A stretch of DNA of 31,225 bases from Macrostomum lignano. Taxonomy: Eukaryota. Below, in pieces: positions 11,383-23,243 of the stretch. The stretch covers positions 1-31,225 of the forward strand of contig NIVC01004924.1 of assembly GCA_002269645.1 (NCBI GenBank), written 5' to 3'. Under the pieces are notes generated by a model that made no database searches, was not told the origin of the DNA, and saw only the letters and a program-made list of their open reading frames with translations. The position numbers were made by a program, and so were the translations under genes. Each line of letters opens with the position of its first letter. Within the stretch, counting starts at the first letter, position 1.

Positions 11383-11479
11383 GCTGTTGAGCAGTTTTAA
11401 GTTTGAAGTGTGAGTGTCTAACGGCATAAATCTCCAAATAAATATTTGCTTAATACAGAGCCATAATCATGCATCGCAG

Positions 11480-11974
11480 GACGGCTGCAGCGTTAACGCC
11501 GCTCTGCTCAAAGACCTGCTGCCCGGCCCAGTTACTCTGGTGCTGCCGCGCGGCCCCCGCCTAAGCGACCGGCTCAATCCCGGCGTCTCAGCCGTCGGCA
11601 TCCGCGTGCCCGACCACCCGTTCATCCTGGCTCTGTGCCGTCGAATTCGCCGGCCAGTGGCTCTGACCTCGGCTAATGCTAGCGGCGCCTCGGACAGTCT
11701 CCGGCCGGACGACTTTAGCGGCCTGTGGCCGGACATTGACCTGCTGATTGATGGCGGCTGCTTGAAGCCCGGCCCGGCCAGTACAGTAGTTGAACTCATG
11801 CCGGCAGCTCGGCTGTACCGCGTACTGCGCACCGGCAGAGCTCTGGAGTCAACTGCCTGCAGGCTGGCCCGCCACGGCTACCGGCTTGAGGGTGCTGAAG
11901 CCTGCAGCAGCGGAGTCGCCGCCGCTGGCCCCGATGACTGCCGCCTGCCCGTACCTTTGCAAGTTGCGAGTTGA
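11480..11974 (+). CDS. YRDC: YrdC/Sua5 exon 2 (terminal)
   Basis: Acceptor GCATCGCAG|GAC is phase 0 (alternative TAATACAG| at 11458). LLKDLLPGPVTLVL, LNPG..VGIRVPDHPF, ALTSANASG, LLIDGG and STVV closely follow metazoan YRDC. Spliced product is 269 aa from 9209 or 241 aa from 9293. Confidence 0.95.
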   Translation, partial: DGCSVNAALLKDLLPGPVTLVLPRGPRLSDRLNPGVSAVGIRVPDHPFILALCRRIRRPVALTSANASGASDSLRPDDFSGLWPDIDLLIDGGCLKPGPASTVVELMPAARLYRVLRTGRALESTACRLARHGYRLEGAEACSSGVAAAGPDDCRLPVPLQVAS

Positions 11975-12058
11975 AAATCTGTGACAATGTGCTATCTGTG
12001 TTACTTACAATAGTAGCTTGCTATCACAAAGGCAATTGCTGGAATTCTGTGGCTTTGG

Positions 12059-12569
12059 AGGAATTGCTGAGATTTCAAGGCTCATGGGGGGAATTGCTGA
12101 GATTTCAAGGCTAATGGGGGAATTGCTGAGATTTCAAGGCTAATGGGGGGAATTGCTGAGATTTCAAGGCTCATGGGGGTAATTGCTGAGATTTCAAGGC
12201 TCATGGGGGAATTGCTGAGATTTCAAGGCTAATGGGGGAATTGCTGAGATTTCAATGCTAATGGGGGAATTGCTGAGATTTCAAGGCTAATGGGGGAATT
12301 GCTGAGATTTCAAGGCTCATGGGGGTAATTGCTGAGATTTCAAGGCTCATGGGGGAATTGCTGAGATTTCAAGGCTAATGGGGGAATTGCTGAGATTTCA
12401 ATGCTAATGGGGAATTGCTGAGATTTCAAGGCTAATGGGGGAATTGCTGAGATTTCAAGGCTAATGGGGGAATTGCTGAGATTTCAAGGCTAATGGGGGA
12501 AATTGCTGAGATTTCAAGGCTCATGGGGGAATTGCTGAGATTTCAAGGCTCATGGGGGAATTGCTGAGA
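12059..12569. repeat. 29-30-bp minisatellite (GAATTGCTGAGATTTCAAGGCT(A/C)ATGGGGG), ~17 copies
   Basis: Direct tandem units differing mainly in G-run length. Starts ~85 nt after the YRDC stop. Confidence 0.97.
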
Positions 12570-12791
12570 GGGTCACTGTGCACCCTGTGTGAGCGTGTGT
12601 ATGAGTGCGTGTCTGCGTACAGTATTGGCGCGATATCTGTCTACAACTCATTTCCGGCACTTCGGCATATTGGTTGCTGTATTCTGCTCATCGCAAATGG
12701 TTGGTCCAAAATGAGACAAGCAAATTGGAACCGGCCTTAAGACGGTTTTTGTGACGAGTTACTTTGATGTACTATTTGATGTATTATTATT

Positions 12792-12797
12792 AATAAA
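12792..12797 (+). terminator. Candidate polyadenylation signal (AATAAA) for YRDC
   Basis: First AATAAA seen downstream of the stop at 11974. Usage is unverified. Confidence 0.35.
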
Positions 12798-13186
12798 GTT
12801 AACAGCCCCATCTCTGCTCGAGTTAAGTTTTCAAAAAAATGTTGATAGTCAATGTAGGCACAGTCCTGTACTGTATTTGTCCTTTCAACCTCGAGTAACT
12901 CTTAAGCTATTGCATTCAATTATACAGAAGTGTGCCCTCTTTTAGCAGGGTAACAGTTTCAGTTGTTGAGTTGAGTTTGGCGAAAGAATTCTTCATAGCT
13001 TCAGTGCTTGAATAGTTCGATAGCAATTGCTATCTGTCAAGTTTGGCTGCAGGATTCTGCGATTTCTGATGAAAGTGTTGCTAAATGACTTTTAGACTTC
13101 GTTTTTTATAATATTTTTCATATACTCGTACAACTCTTAAAAACTACGATTCATTCGTGCGGCTGTCAAAATGTGCTCTTAACCCC

Positions 13187-13793
13187 CTCCCTGAGTTCAT
13201 CCTGGACTCTCACCCCTCCATGAGTTCATTCTGGACTCTCATTCCCTCCCTGAGTTCATTCTGGACTCTCACCCCCTTCCTGATTTTATTCTGGACTCTC
13301 ACCCCTTCCTGATTTCATTCTGGACTCTCATTCCCTTCCTGATTTCATTCTGGACTCTCACCCCCTCCCTGAGTTAATTCTGGACTCTCACCCCCTTCCT
13401 GATTTCATTCTGGACTCTCATTCCCTCCCTGAGTTCATTCTGGACTCTCAACCCCTCCCTTAGTTCATTCTGGACTCTCATTCCCTCCCTGAGTTTATTA
13501 TGGACTCTCACCCCTTCCTGATTTCATTCTGGACTCTCACCCCCTCCATGAGTTCATTCTGGACTCTCAACCCCTCCCTTAGTTCATTCTGGACTCTCAC
13601 CCCCTCCCTGAGTTCATTCTGGACTCTCAACCCCTCCCTTAGTTCATTCTGGACTCTCAACCCCTCCCTTAGTTCATTCTGGACTCTCACCCCCTCCCTG
13701 AGTTCATTCTGGCCTCTCAACCCCTCCCTTAGTTCATTCTGGACTCTCATTCCCTCCCTGAGTTTATTCTGGACTCTCATTCCCTCCCTGAAT
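13187..13793. repeat. ~30-bp minisatellite (TGGACTCTCACCCCCTCCCTGAGTTCATTC), ~20 copies
   Basis: Direct tandem units. Explains ORFs 13500-13886 and 13508-13894. Confidence 0.97.
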
Positions 13794-14435
13794 TTCAGCC
13801 ACTCCCCTCCCCAGCCATCTGTAATTCTCAAGCTGGCGAACGGGCCGAGCACTATAGGGGGAAAGTCGTATGCGTATTCTTTATAAAGCGGCAATGCTCA
13901 GGAAAAGCGGTAAAGAAGTAGCCATGATTTAATGGCTAACGTATTTCTGAGTCTACTGAGGAGATAAAATCCCAGTGCTCCAACTGGTGGCAGCTCTCCC
14001 ATCTTCCCCAGCCCACTAAGCAGATTTCTCTTCAATTTTTTTCATTTCCAATTCTGAAGCTGTCCCTTCTTAAACTCTGTCCCTCAGGACTCGCCTACGC
14101 AGTTGCTCAATTTGGAAAAAGGCGGGTGATCAGAAATTGGGAAAACACATTTTTTCCCTATTGCAGCTTATCCCGTGTCGGATGCTCCTTCTTACCCTCT
14201 CTCTTTTTCTCCTAGTTGCTGAAGAAGAAGACCTAGGCAAAATCTGGCGAGTAACACGGGGCTAGCTCATCCTTTTAGCCTCTCTGGACCAGCCCTGTCT
14301 GGCGGTGCTTTTTATTGTACTAAGTGGAGCATTGGGCACTCCTTGTACCCTATTTAGCCGCAGTGCCTGCCCCAATTGCATGATTGAATTGCAACTGCTT
14401 CCGGGCTGCGTCACAAACTCCAACTTGTAAAAGTT

Positions 14436-15572
14436 CTATTCCTTCTATCCCTTCTATCATTCCTTCTATCCCTTCTATCATTCCTTCTATTCCATCTATC
14501 ATCCCTTCTACCTCATCTATTATCCCATCTATCCAATCTATCATTCCTTCTATCCCTTCTATCATTCCTTCTATCCCTTCTATCATTCCTTCTATCCCTT
14601 CTATCATTCCTTCTATCCCTTCTATCATTCCTTCTATCCCTTCTATCATTCCTTCTATCCCTTCTATCATTCCTTCTATGCCTTCTATCATTCCTTCTAT
14701 CCCTTCTATCATTCCTTCCATCCCTTCTATCATCCCTTCTATCGCTTTTATTATCCCATCTATCCAATCTATCATTCCTTCTATCCCTTCTATCATTCCT
14801 TCTATCCCTTCTATCATTCCTTCTATCCCTTCTATCATTCCTTCTATGCCTTCTATCATTCCTTCCATCCCTTCTATCATTCCTTCCATCACTTCTATCA
14901 TTCCTTCTATCCCTTCTATCATTCCTTCTATCCCTTCTATCATTCCTTCTATTCCATCTATCATCCCTTCTACCTCATCTATTATCCCATCTATCCAATC
15001 TATCATTCCTTCTATCCCTTCTATCATTCCTTCTATCCCTTCTATCATTCCTTCTATCCCTTCTATCATTCCTTCTATCCCTTCTATCATTCCTTCTATC
15101 CCTTCTATCATTCCTTCTATCCTTCTATCATTCCTTCTATGCCTTCTATCATTCCTTCTATCCTTCTATCATTCCTTCTATCCCTTCTATCATCCCTTCT
15201 ATCGCTTCTATTATCCCATCTATCCAATCTATCATTCCTTCTATCCCTTCTATCATTCCTTCTATCCCTTCTATCATTCCTTCTATCCCTTCTATCATTC
15301 CTTCTATGCCTTCTATCATTCCTTCCATCCCTTCTATCATTCCTTCCATCCCTTCTATCATTCCTTCCATCACTTCTATCATTCCTTCTATCCCTTCTAT
15401 CATTCCTTCTATCCCTTCTATCATTCCTTCCATCCCTTCTATCCCCATCTATCGTCCCTTCTATCATTCCTTCTATTCCATCTATCATCCCTTCTATCCC
15501 TTCTATCATTCCATCTATCATTCCTTCTATCCCTTCAACATCAATCATTTCTTCTATCCCATCCATCATTCC
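14436..15572. repeat. 21-bp pyrimidine-rich minisatellite (TCCTTCTATCCCTTCTATCAT), ~54 copies with ~231-bp higher-order period
   Basis: The unit is 18/21 pyrimidine. Marker TATCCCATCTATCCAATCT recurs at 14521, 14752, 14983 and 15212. Confidence 0.98.
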
Positions 15573-15898
15573 TTCTTTTCGACTCATATCTTCTAAGCTA
15601 TTTTCATTAGTTTTTCTATCTTTATCAAGCGTAAAATTTATTTCAGGTAAGTTGTCAAGCCCCATTGAGCACAGATTGCATGGCAACAATCAATAGACAA
15701 CCACAGAGATTGACAACTGTAGCGTGCTGAGTGACTCCCGAATTCCTTTTGTTCTTGATCGGCATCGATCGGTGCGGGTAAATGCTTATTGATTTTCGGC
15801 TTCTATTGTCTGCGTCGCATGACTGAACAAGGCGGAAACACGATTTCTTGTTGCTAAATTTAGCAACAGGTTTTGGCCCCGATTTCACCTGCGAGCAA

Positions 15899-16826
15899 GA
15901 TCTCAGAATTGCAGTATGACAGCCATAAACTTTCTAGATCTCAGAATTGCAGTATGACAGCCATAAACTTTCTAGATCTCAGAATTGCAGTATGACAGCC
16001 ATAAACTTTCTAGATCTCAGATATATAACTGTCATAAACTTTCTAGATCTCTGATATATGACAGCCATAAACTTTCTAGATCTCAGAATTGCAGTATGAC
16101 AGCCATAAACTTTCTAGATCTCAGATATATAACTGCCATAAACTTTCTAGATCTCCGATATATGATAGCCATAAACTTTCTAGATCTCAGAATTGCAGTA
16201 TGGCAGTCATAAACTTTCTAGATCCAGAATTGCAGTATGACAGTCATAAACTTTCTAGATCTCAGATATATGACTGCCATAAACTTTCTAGATCTCAGAT
16301 ATATGACCGGCATAAACTTTTTAGATCTCAGATATATGACCGACATAAACTTTCTATATCTCAGATATATGGCTGGCATAACCTTTCTAGATCTCAGATA
16401 TATGACCGGCATAAACTTTCTATATCTCAGATATATGACCGGCATAAACTTTCTATATCTCAGATATATGACCGGCATAAACTTTCTAGATCTCAGATAT
16501 ATGACCGGCATAAACTTTCTAGATCTCAGATATATGACCGGCATAAACTTTCTAGATCTCAGATATATAACTGCCATAAACTTTCTAGATCTCGGATATA
16601 TGACCGGCTTAAACTTTCTATATCTCAGATATATGGCTGGTATTAACTTTCTAGATCTCAGATATATGACCGGCATAAACTTTCTAGATCTCAGATATAT
16701 AACTGCCATAAACTTTCTAGATCTCGGATATATGACCGGCTTAAACTTTCTATATCTCAGATATATGGCTGGTATTAACTTTCTAGATCTCAGATATATG
16801 ACCGGCATAAACTCTATATCTCAGAT
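15899..16826. repeat. Composite 38-bp/33-bp minisatellite (TCTCAGAATTGCAGTATGACAGCCATAAACTTTCTAGA and TCTCAGATATATGACCGGCATAAACTTTCTAGA)
   Basis: 38-bp units at 15901, 15939 and 15977, then mixed, then pure 33-bp units after ~16260. Confidence 0.97.
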
Positions 16827-17261
16827 TGTACAGTCCCCTACAGTAGAGCAAAAAAGTTCTTATAGTTTTTTTTAAAATATACCAGTTCACCAGCCTGTTC
16901 TTTCTTTAATTAATAGTTAAACTTCGTTTAATCCTGACTTGACCATCCGTGAGCTGTCTGACTGTCTGGGAGTTAATTAGTCGGGATGGGGATTTAGAAC
17001 TTTCTGAAACAGTCGTTTCATATTGATCGAATCATTAAGAAGGGCTACTAATGAGCTTTCTGATTCAAAATAATCGATGTTGTCACCTTTAAGAACTTGG
17101 ATTTTAGAATTTTCTTTTGTGCTAAAATTTCTATAAATCTATTGAAACAATTATTTTTATAGGTCATTCAGATTCTAGCATTGCGATGAAGGATATTGGA
17201 GATTGGACCATAAACTATTCTACTGCATTTATGGCACAGAACTAATGCAGTTGGGGCTCCC

Positions 17262-17655
17262 GGTCACAGACAGTTTAGATAGGTCATAGACAGGTTTGCT
17301 CATAGATCATAGAAAGTTTGTCTCAAAGACAATTTGGGTCATAGAAAAAAAAAGTTATAGATCATTTTGTTCATGGACAGTTTGTGTTGTAGACAATTCG
17401 GGTCATAGACGATTGGGTTCACAGACAATTTGGGTCATAGACAATTCGGGTCTTAGACGATTCGGTCATAGACAATTCGGCTCATAGACGATTCGGTTCA
17501 CAGACAATTTGGGTCATAGACAATTCGGGTCATAGACATTCACAGACAATTTGGGTCATAGACAATTCGGGTCATAGACGATTCGGTCATAGACAATTCG
17601 GGCATAGACGATTCGGTCATAGACAAATCGGGTCTTAGACAATACGGGTCAGATA
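17262..17655 (+). repeat. Degenerate 15-17-bp minisatellite (GGGTCATAGACAATTC)
   Basis: TCATAGACA core repeated throughout. It is the reverse-complement relative of the array at 18676-20415. Confidence 0.9.
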
Positions 17656-18150
17656 CAGCTTGAGCCAACCCTAACTACTCATGCGTACATGCTGTACTTT
17701 CCTTACTGTACTTTGCTTACTTTAAGGCTCCAATTTTTCGGCATTGATGCCAGCCCCCTTCCCCCCTACCAGACTTTCCAGACAAAATAATCGGCCCCCA
17801 ACTTTCGCTGCCTCCCAGCCTACATGCATTTACCGGGCAAAGATAATTCCCATATACTTCTATACATGAGCATTTGGGATATTTTCTTGTGCGAATTAGC
17901 GGCCGACCCGAGATTCGCTCAGACTTGCAGAGCAGAAGAAGAAGAAGCAAGGAGTAACGAAGCGGCCTGTGGATTGGGAAGCTGGCTGGTGGGCGGGACG
18001 AAAAATGAAATTACAATTGCTTCATTGCTCCCAGTTGCTGAGCCAGCGCTGGATCGCGGCGCTCGGAGACGGCAGCAGTAGGTGGCGGGGAATGAATGAA
18101 AAATTCTGTTATTTGGCCAGCCGTGAGCCAATCAGCTGGCAGCGGAATGC

Positions 18151-18588
18151 ATGACTATAAATTCCCATGAGCCCATGGATAGTAACCAGGCGAGGGGGTC
18201 ATCCGTAGCAGTCATGGACAAGCAGTCTTTGTTAATGTTACAAGGCGCCGCCAATCAGTCTTTGTCGGCGACTACGGCCGGCGAGGACTCGTTTCACATG
18301 TTTAAAAAGTACTTCATGTCCTGGTTCATGCCCATGCTGCTAGGCATCGGGTTCTGCGGCACGTCAATCAATTTGTACATCATAGTCATGTGCCGGGTGT
18401 TCCAGAAGACAACTTCTATTCTGTTCGCCGCACTGGCCATTGCCGACATCGTTAACCTGGTGTTTGCCGCCACCTACCTGTACGTGTCCGTCTATTGGGA
18501 TTATGATCCCATGCGCTACTCGGCGGCCGGCTGCTATCTGGTGCCCTATCTGGAGGCTATTGGCTACTGGCTGTCGCCATGGATACAG
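18151..18588 (+). CDS. Rhodopsin-class (family A) peptide-type GPCR, exon 1 (N-terminus, TM1, TM2, most of TM3)
   Basis: N-glycosylation site NQS. TM1 FMPMLLGIGFCGTSINLYIIVM, TM2 LFAALAIADIVNLVF (LAxxD), conserved TM3 Cys (AAGCYLVPY). Phase-0 donor CAG|GTGCCA at 18588/18589 joins in frame to 28272. The start could also be one of the later in-frame ATGs. Confidence 0.88.
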
Positions 18589-18675
18589 GTGCCACTTTGC
18601 AGTTTCTCTGTACGATTCATTTTAGTAATGTAGAGAGTCCTCATCCATTCAAATCTGTGATTGGCTTAAACTCTA

Positions 18676-20415
18676 TGACACAAAATTTCTATAACTAACC
18701 GTCTATGATTCAAACTGTCTATGATCAAACTGTCTATGATCAACTGTCTATGATCAAACTGTCTGTGATCAAACTGTCTATGATCAAACTGTCTATGATC
18801 AAACTGTCTATGATCAAACTGTCTATGATCAACTGTCTATGACTCAACCTGTCTATGATCAAACTGTCTATGATCAAACTGTCTATGATCAAACTGTCTA
18901 TGATCAACTGTCTATGACTCAACCTGTCTGTGATCAAACTGTCTATGATCAAACTGTCTATGATCAAACTGTCTATGATCAACTGTCTATGACTCAACCT
19001 GTCTGTGATCAAACTGTCTATGATCAAACTGTCTATGATCAAACTGTCTATGATCAACTGTCTGTGATCAAACTGTCTATGATCAACTGTCTATGATCAA
19101 ACTGTCTATGATCAAACTGTCTATGATCAACTGTCTATGACTCAACCTGTCTGTGATCAAAGTGTCTGTGATCACACTGTCTATGATCAAACTGTCTATG
19201 ATCAAACTGTCTATGATCAACTGTCTATGACTCAACCTGTCTGTGATCAAACTGTCTATGATCAAACTGTCTATGATCAACTGTCTATGATCAACTGTCT
19301 ATGACTCAAACTGTCTGTTATCAAACTGTCTATGATCAAACTGTCTATGACTCAAACTGTCTGTTATCAAACTGTCTATGATCAAACTGTCTGTTATCAA
19401 ACTGTCTATGATCAAACTGTCTATGATCAAACTGTCTATGATCAAACTGTCTATGATCAAACTGTCTATGATCAAACTGTCTGTGATCAAACTGTCTGTG
19501 ATCAAAGTGTCTATGAACAAACTGTCTATGATCAACCTTTCATAGACTCAAACTGTCTATGATCAAACTGTCTATGATCAAACTATGACTCAAACTGTCT
19601 ATGATCAAACTATGAATCAAACTGTCTATGATCAAACTGTCTATGATCAAACTATGACTCAAACTGTCTATGATCAAACTATGACTCAAACTGTCTATGA
19701 TCAAACTGTCTATGATCAAACTATGACTCAAACTGTCTATGATCAAACTATGACTCAAACTGTCTATGATCAAACTGTCTATGATCAAACTATGACTCAA
19801 ACTGTCTATGATCAACCTATGACTCATACTGTCTATGATCAAACTATGACTCAAACTGTCTTTGATCAAACTGTCTATGATCAAACTATGACTCTAACTG
19901 TCTTTGATCAAACTATTACTCAAACTGTCTTTGATCAAACTATTACTCAAACTGTCTATGACAGGGACTACTCAAACACCGGGACGGGAAACTAGGAATT
20001 TTTTACGAGGCTGGTCTTTTATCAGCAGTAGAAAATAACCATAGACAACAAAGTAACACAGCATCTCTCTAATGCAAATAATTGCCAGCCAGCCTCGTAA
20101 AAAATTTTAGTTTCCCGTCCCGGTGTTTGAGTAGTCCCTGGTCTATGATCAACTATGACTCAAAATGTCTATGATAGACTCAAAGACTCAAACTGACACC
20201 AGACTGACACAGACACTGACAGACTCAAACTTTATCATAGACTCAAACTGTCTATGACTCAAACTGTCTATGACTCGCGCTGTCTATGATCAAACTGTCT
20301 GTAGCTTAACTTCTGTCTCAAACTGTTTATGACTCAATCAGTTTATGACCCAACCTGTCTATTGACTAAAACTGTTTATTGACTTAAACTTTTTATGACG
20401 CAAACTATCTATGGC
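18676..20415. repeat. 14-15-bp minisatellite (AAACTGTCTATGATC) with 12-bp AAACTATGACTC variants, interrupted by a MITE
   Basis: Direct tandem units. ~75-bp higher-order period near 18841, 18916 and 18991. Degenerate tail to ~20415. Confidence 0.97.
19962..20140. mobile_element. hAT-type MITE, 179 bp, ~52-bp near-perfect TIRs, 8-bp TSD GTCTATGA
   Basis: Left CAGGGACTACTCAAACACCGGGACGGGAAACTAGGAATTTTTTACGAGGCTGG versus reverse complement of right CAGGGACTACTCAAACACCGGGACGGGAAACTAAAATTTTTTACGAGGCTGG. TSD at 19954-19961 and 20141-20148. CAGGG termini with an 8-bp TSD are typical of hAT. Confidence 0.92.
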
Positions 20416-20811
20416 TCAAGGTTTTTGGTAAAATGTTTCAGAATATTAAAATATTTAGAACTGGCTGGCAATGAGCCAACCAGGAAAATTCGAGAAGTAC
20501 AACTCAGACTCAGTGGCATGCGTGCTAGGCTGTTGAGCAACTGCAAACATCTGATTTCCGGTGAAACATTTTGAAAATTGGTTCCCACTGAGGGAATCGG
20601 TGAACTGGGGCGATATTATACGAAGCGAGAGCAGTCACGATTCTGGAGTAGTGGGATTTCAAGTTCGGGCTCTTCCCTCCCTTGTCATCCTCTCTGGTCC
20701 ATCCGCTCCGTTAACAGCTTAGATGCGTCCTGAAAAGCACTTTTGCGATAAAATAGCTTTTGGGTGGAACAGATTGATCATGCATGCGCCCAGTGAGTGT
20801 GCATCCATCTG

Positions 20812-22765
20812 CCTATGTGTCATTGTCTGCCACACTGTCTGTGTTACTGTCTGTCATGCTGTCTGTCATGCTGTCTGTCATGCTGCCTGTGTTATTGTCT
20901 GTCATACTGTCTGTCATAATGTCTGTCATACTGTCTGTGTTATTGTCTGTCATGCTGTCTGTCATGCTGTCTGTCATGCTGTCTGTCATACTGCCTGTGA
21001 TACTGTCTGTCATACTGCCTGTCATACTGTCTGTCATACTGTCTGTCATGCTGTCTGTGTTATTGTCTGTCATACTGTCTGTCATGCTGTCTGTCATAAT
21101 GTCTGTCATACTGTCTGTGTTTTGTCTGTCATGCTGTCTGTCATGCTGTCTGTCATGCTGTCTGTCATACTGCCTGTGATACTGTCTGTCATACTGCCTG
21201 TCATACTGTCTGTCATACTGTCTGTCATGCTGTCTGTGTTATTGTCTGTCATACTGTCTGTCATGCTGTCTGTCATGCTGCCTGTGTTATTGTCTGTCAT
21301 ACTGTCTGTCATAATGTCTGTCATACTGTCTGTCATACTGTCTGTCATGCTGTCTGTGTTATTGTCTGTCATACTGTCTGTCATACTGTCTGTCATGCTG
21401 TCTGTGTTATTGTCTGTCATACTGTCTGTCATGCTGTCTGTCATACTGTCTGTGTTATTGTCTGTCATACTGTCTGTCATACTGTCTGTCATACTGTCTG
21501 TCATACTGTCTGTCATGCTGTCTGTCATACTGTCTGCCATACTGCCTGTCATACTGCCTGTGATACTGTCTGTCATACTGCCTGTCATACTGCCTGTCAT
21601 ACTGTCTGTCATACTTTCTGTCATACTATCTGTCATACTGTCTGTCATACTGTCTGTCATACTGTCTGTCATACTATCTGTCATACTGTCTGTCATACTC
21701 GTACTGTCTATCATACTGTCTGTCGTACTGTCCTTCATGCTGTCTGTCATACTGTCTGCCATACTGCCTGTCATACTGCCTGTGATACTGTCTGTCATAC
21801 TGCCTGTCATACTGTCTGTCATACTCGTACTGTCTGTCATACTGTCTGTCATACTGTCTGTCATGCTATCTGTCATACTGCCTGTCATACTGCCTGTGAT
21901 ACTGCCTGTGATACTGTCTGTCATACTGTCTGTCCTACTGTCTGTCATACTGTCTGTCATACTGTCTGCCATACTGCCTGCCATACTGTCTGTCATACTG
22001 TCTGTCATACTGTCTGTCATACTGTCTGTCATACTATCTGTCATACTGTCTGTCATACTCGTACTGTCTGTCATACTGTCTGTCATACTGCCTGTGATAC
22101 TGTCTGTCATACTGCCTGTCATACTGTCTGTCATACTCGTACTATCTGTCATACTGTCTGTCATACTGTCTGTCATGCTGTCTGTCATACTGTCTGCCAT
22201 ACTGCCTGTCATACTGCCTGTGATACTGTCTGTCATACTGCCTGTCATACTTTCTGTCATACTATCTGTCATACTGTCTGTCATACTGTCTGTCATACTG
22301 TCTGTCATACTATCTGTCATACTGTCTGTCATACTCGTACTGTCTGTCATACTGTCTGTCATACTGTCTGTCATGCTGTCTGTCATACTGTCTGCCATAC
22401 TGCCTGTCATACTGCCTGTGATACTGTCTGTCATACTGCCTGTCATACTGTCTGTCATACTCGTACTGTCTGTCATACTGTCTGTCATACTGTCTGTCAT
22501 GCTGTCTGTCATACTGCCTGTCATACTGCCTGTGATACTGCCTGTGATACTGTCTGTCATACTGTCTGTCCTACTGTCTGTCATACTGTCTGTCATACTG
22601 TCTGCCATACTGCCTGCCATACTGTCTGTCATACTGCCTGCCATACTGTCTGTCATACTGTCTGCCATACTGCCTGCCATACTGTCTGTCATACTGTCTG
22701 TCATACTGTCTGTCATACTGTCTGTCATGCTGTCTGTCCTACTGTCTTTCATGCTTTCTGTCAGT
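20812..22765. repeat. 12-bp minisatellite (CTGTCTGTCATA / CTGTCTGTCATG), ~160 copies, in GPCR intron 1
   Basis: Direct tandem units. Explains the 727-aa ILSV and 548-aa MTDS ORFs. Confidence 0.98.
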
Positions 22766-23243
22766 CATACCGTCCGTCCTAGTGTTTACGGGCAGTCGCA
22801 TCAGCTGATTCGTTATAATTTTTCTAGCTGTTTTCTTTCTCCAAGTCTCACCTGGCGGAGCCCCGAGTCGTGTCCGCGGTGTCTCCCAGGCTCGCCAGCT
22901 AATTAGCCAGCGGAAAAATGAGCTGTCACGAACCCCGGATGTGTCAATGGGCTGCACAGTGGCTGCCGCTTTGCATTTCTGTGTTAACAGGAAGCTGATT
23001 GCGCCTCTTGCCTGTGCGCTTCTTTGTTGTCAGAGAGCGATTCGGGCTCTGGCAGTCACTGAGCACTTTTGCTGTAGATTTGTGTAGACTGCAGGTTTAG
23101 AAATTTTTGTTTTAAAGATAGGCGCTTCAGAGTCCTCACTGCTAGTGTAAGACAGGTTTTGGCCTTTATAGCCGGTGAGGCGCGTGCTATCTATGCAGGT
23201 ACCCTGTTAAACCTCGAATTAAAGGGCCGTATTCAAGATTGTA

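Noticed and set aside
9590-11390. Long Cys-containing repeat ORFs (GPCPKRAVLL) and their antisense
   Set aside because: A 30-bp array lying between YRDC exons that splice cleanly in phase.
14350-16875. Collagen-like GIEGMIE, IPS and leucine-repeat-like ORFs
   Set aside because: Products of 21-bp and 33-bp arrays that are open in several frames and on both strands at once.
20723-22906. 727-aa and 548-aa ORFs (ILSV / MTDS repeats) that look like membrane or mucin-like proteins
   Set aside because: They are translations of a stop-free 12-bp minisatellite on both strands, inside the GPCR intron and with no exon boundaries.
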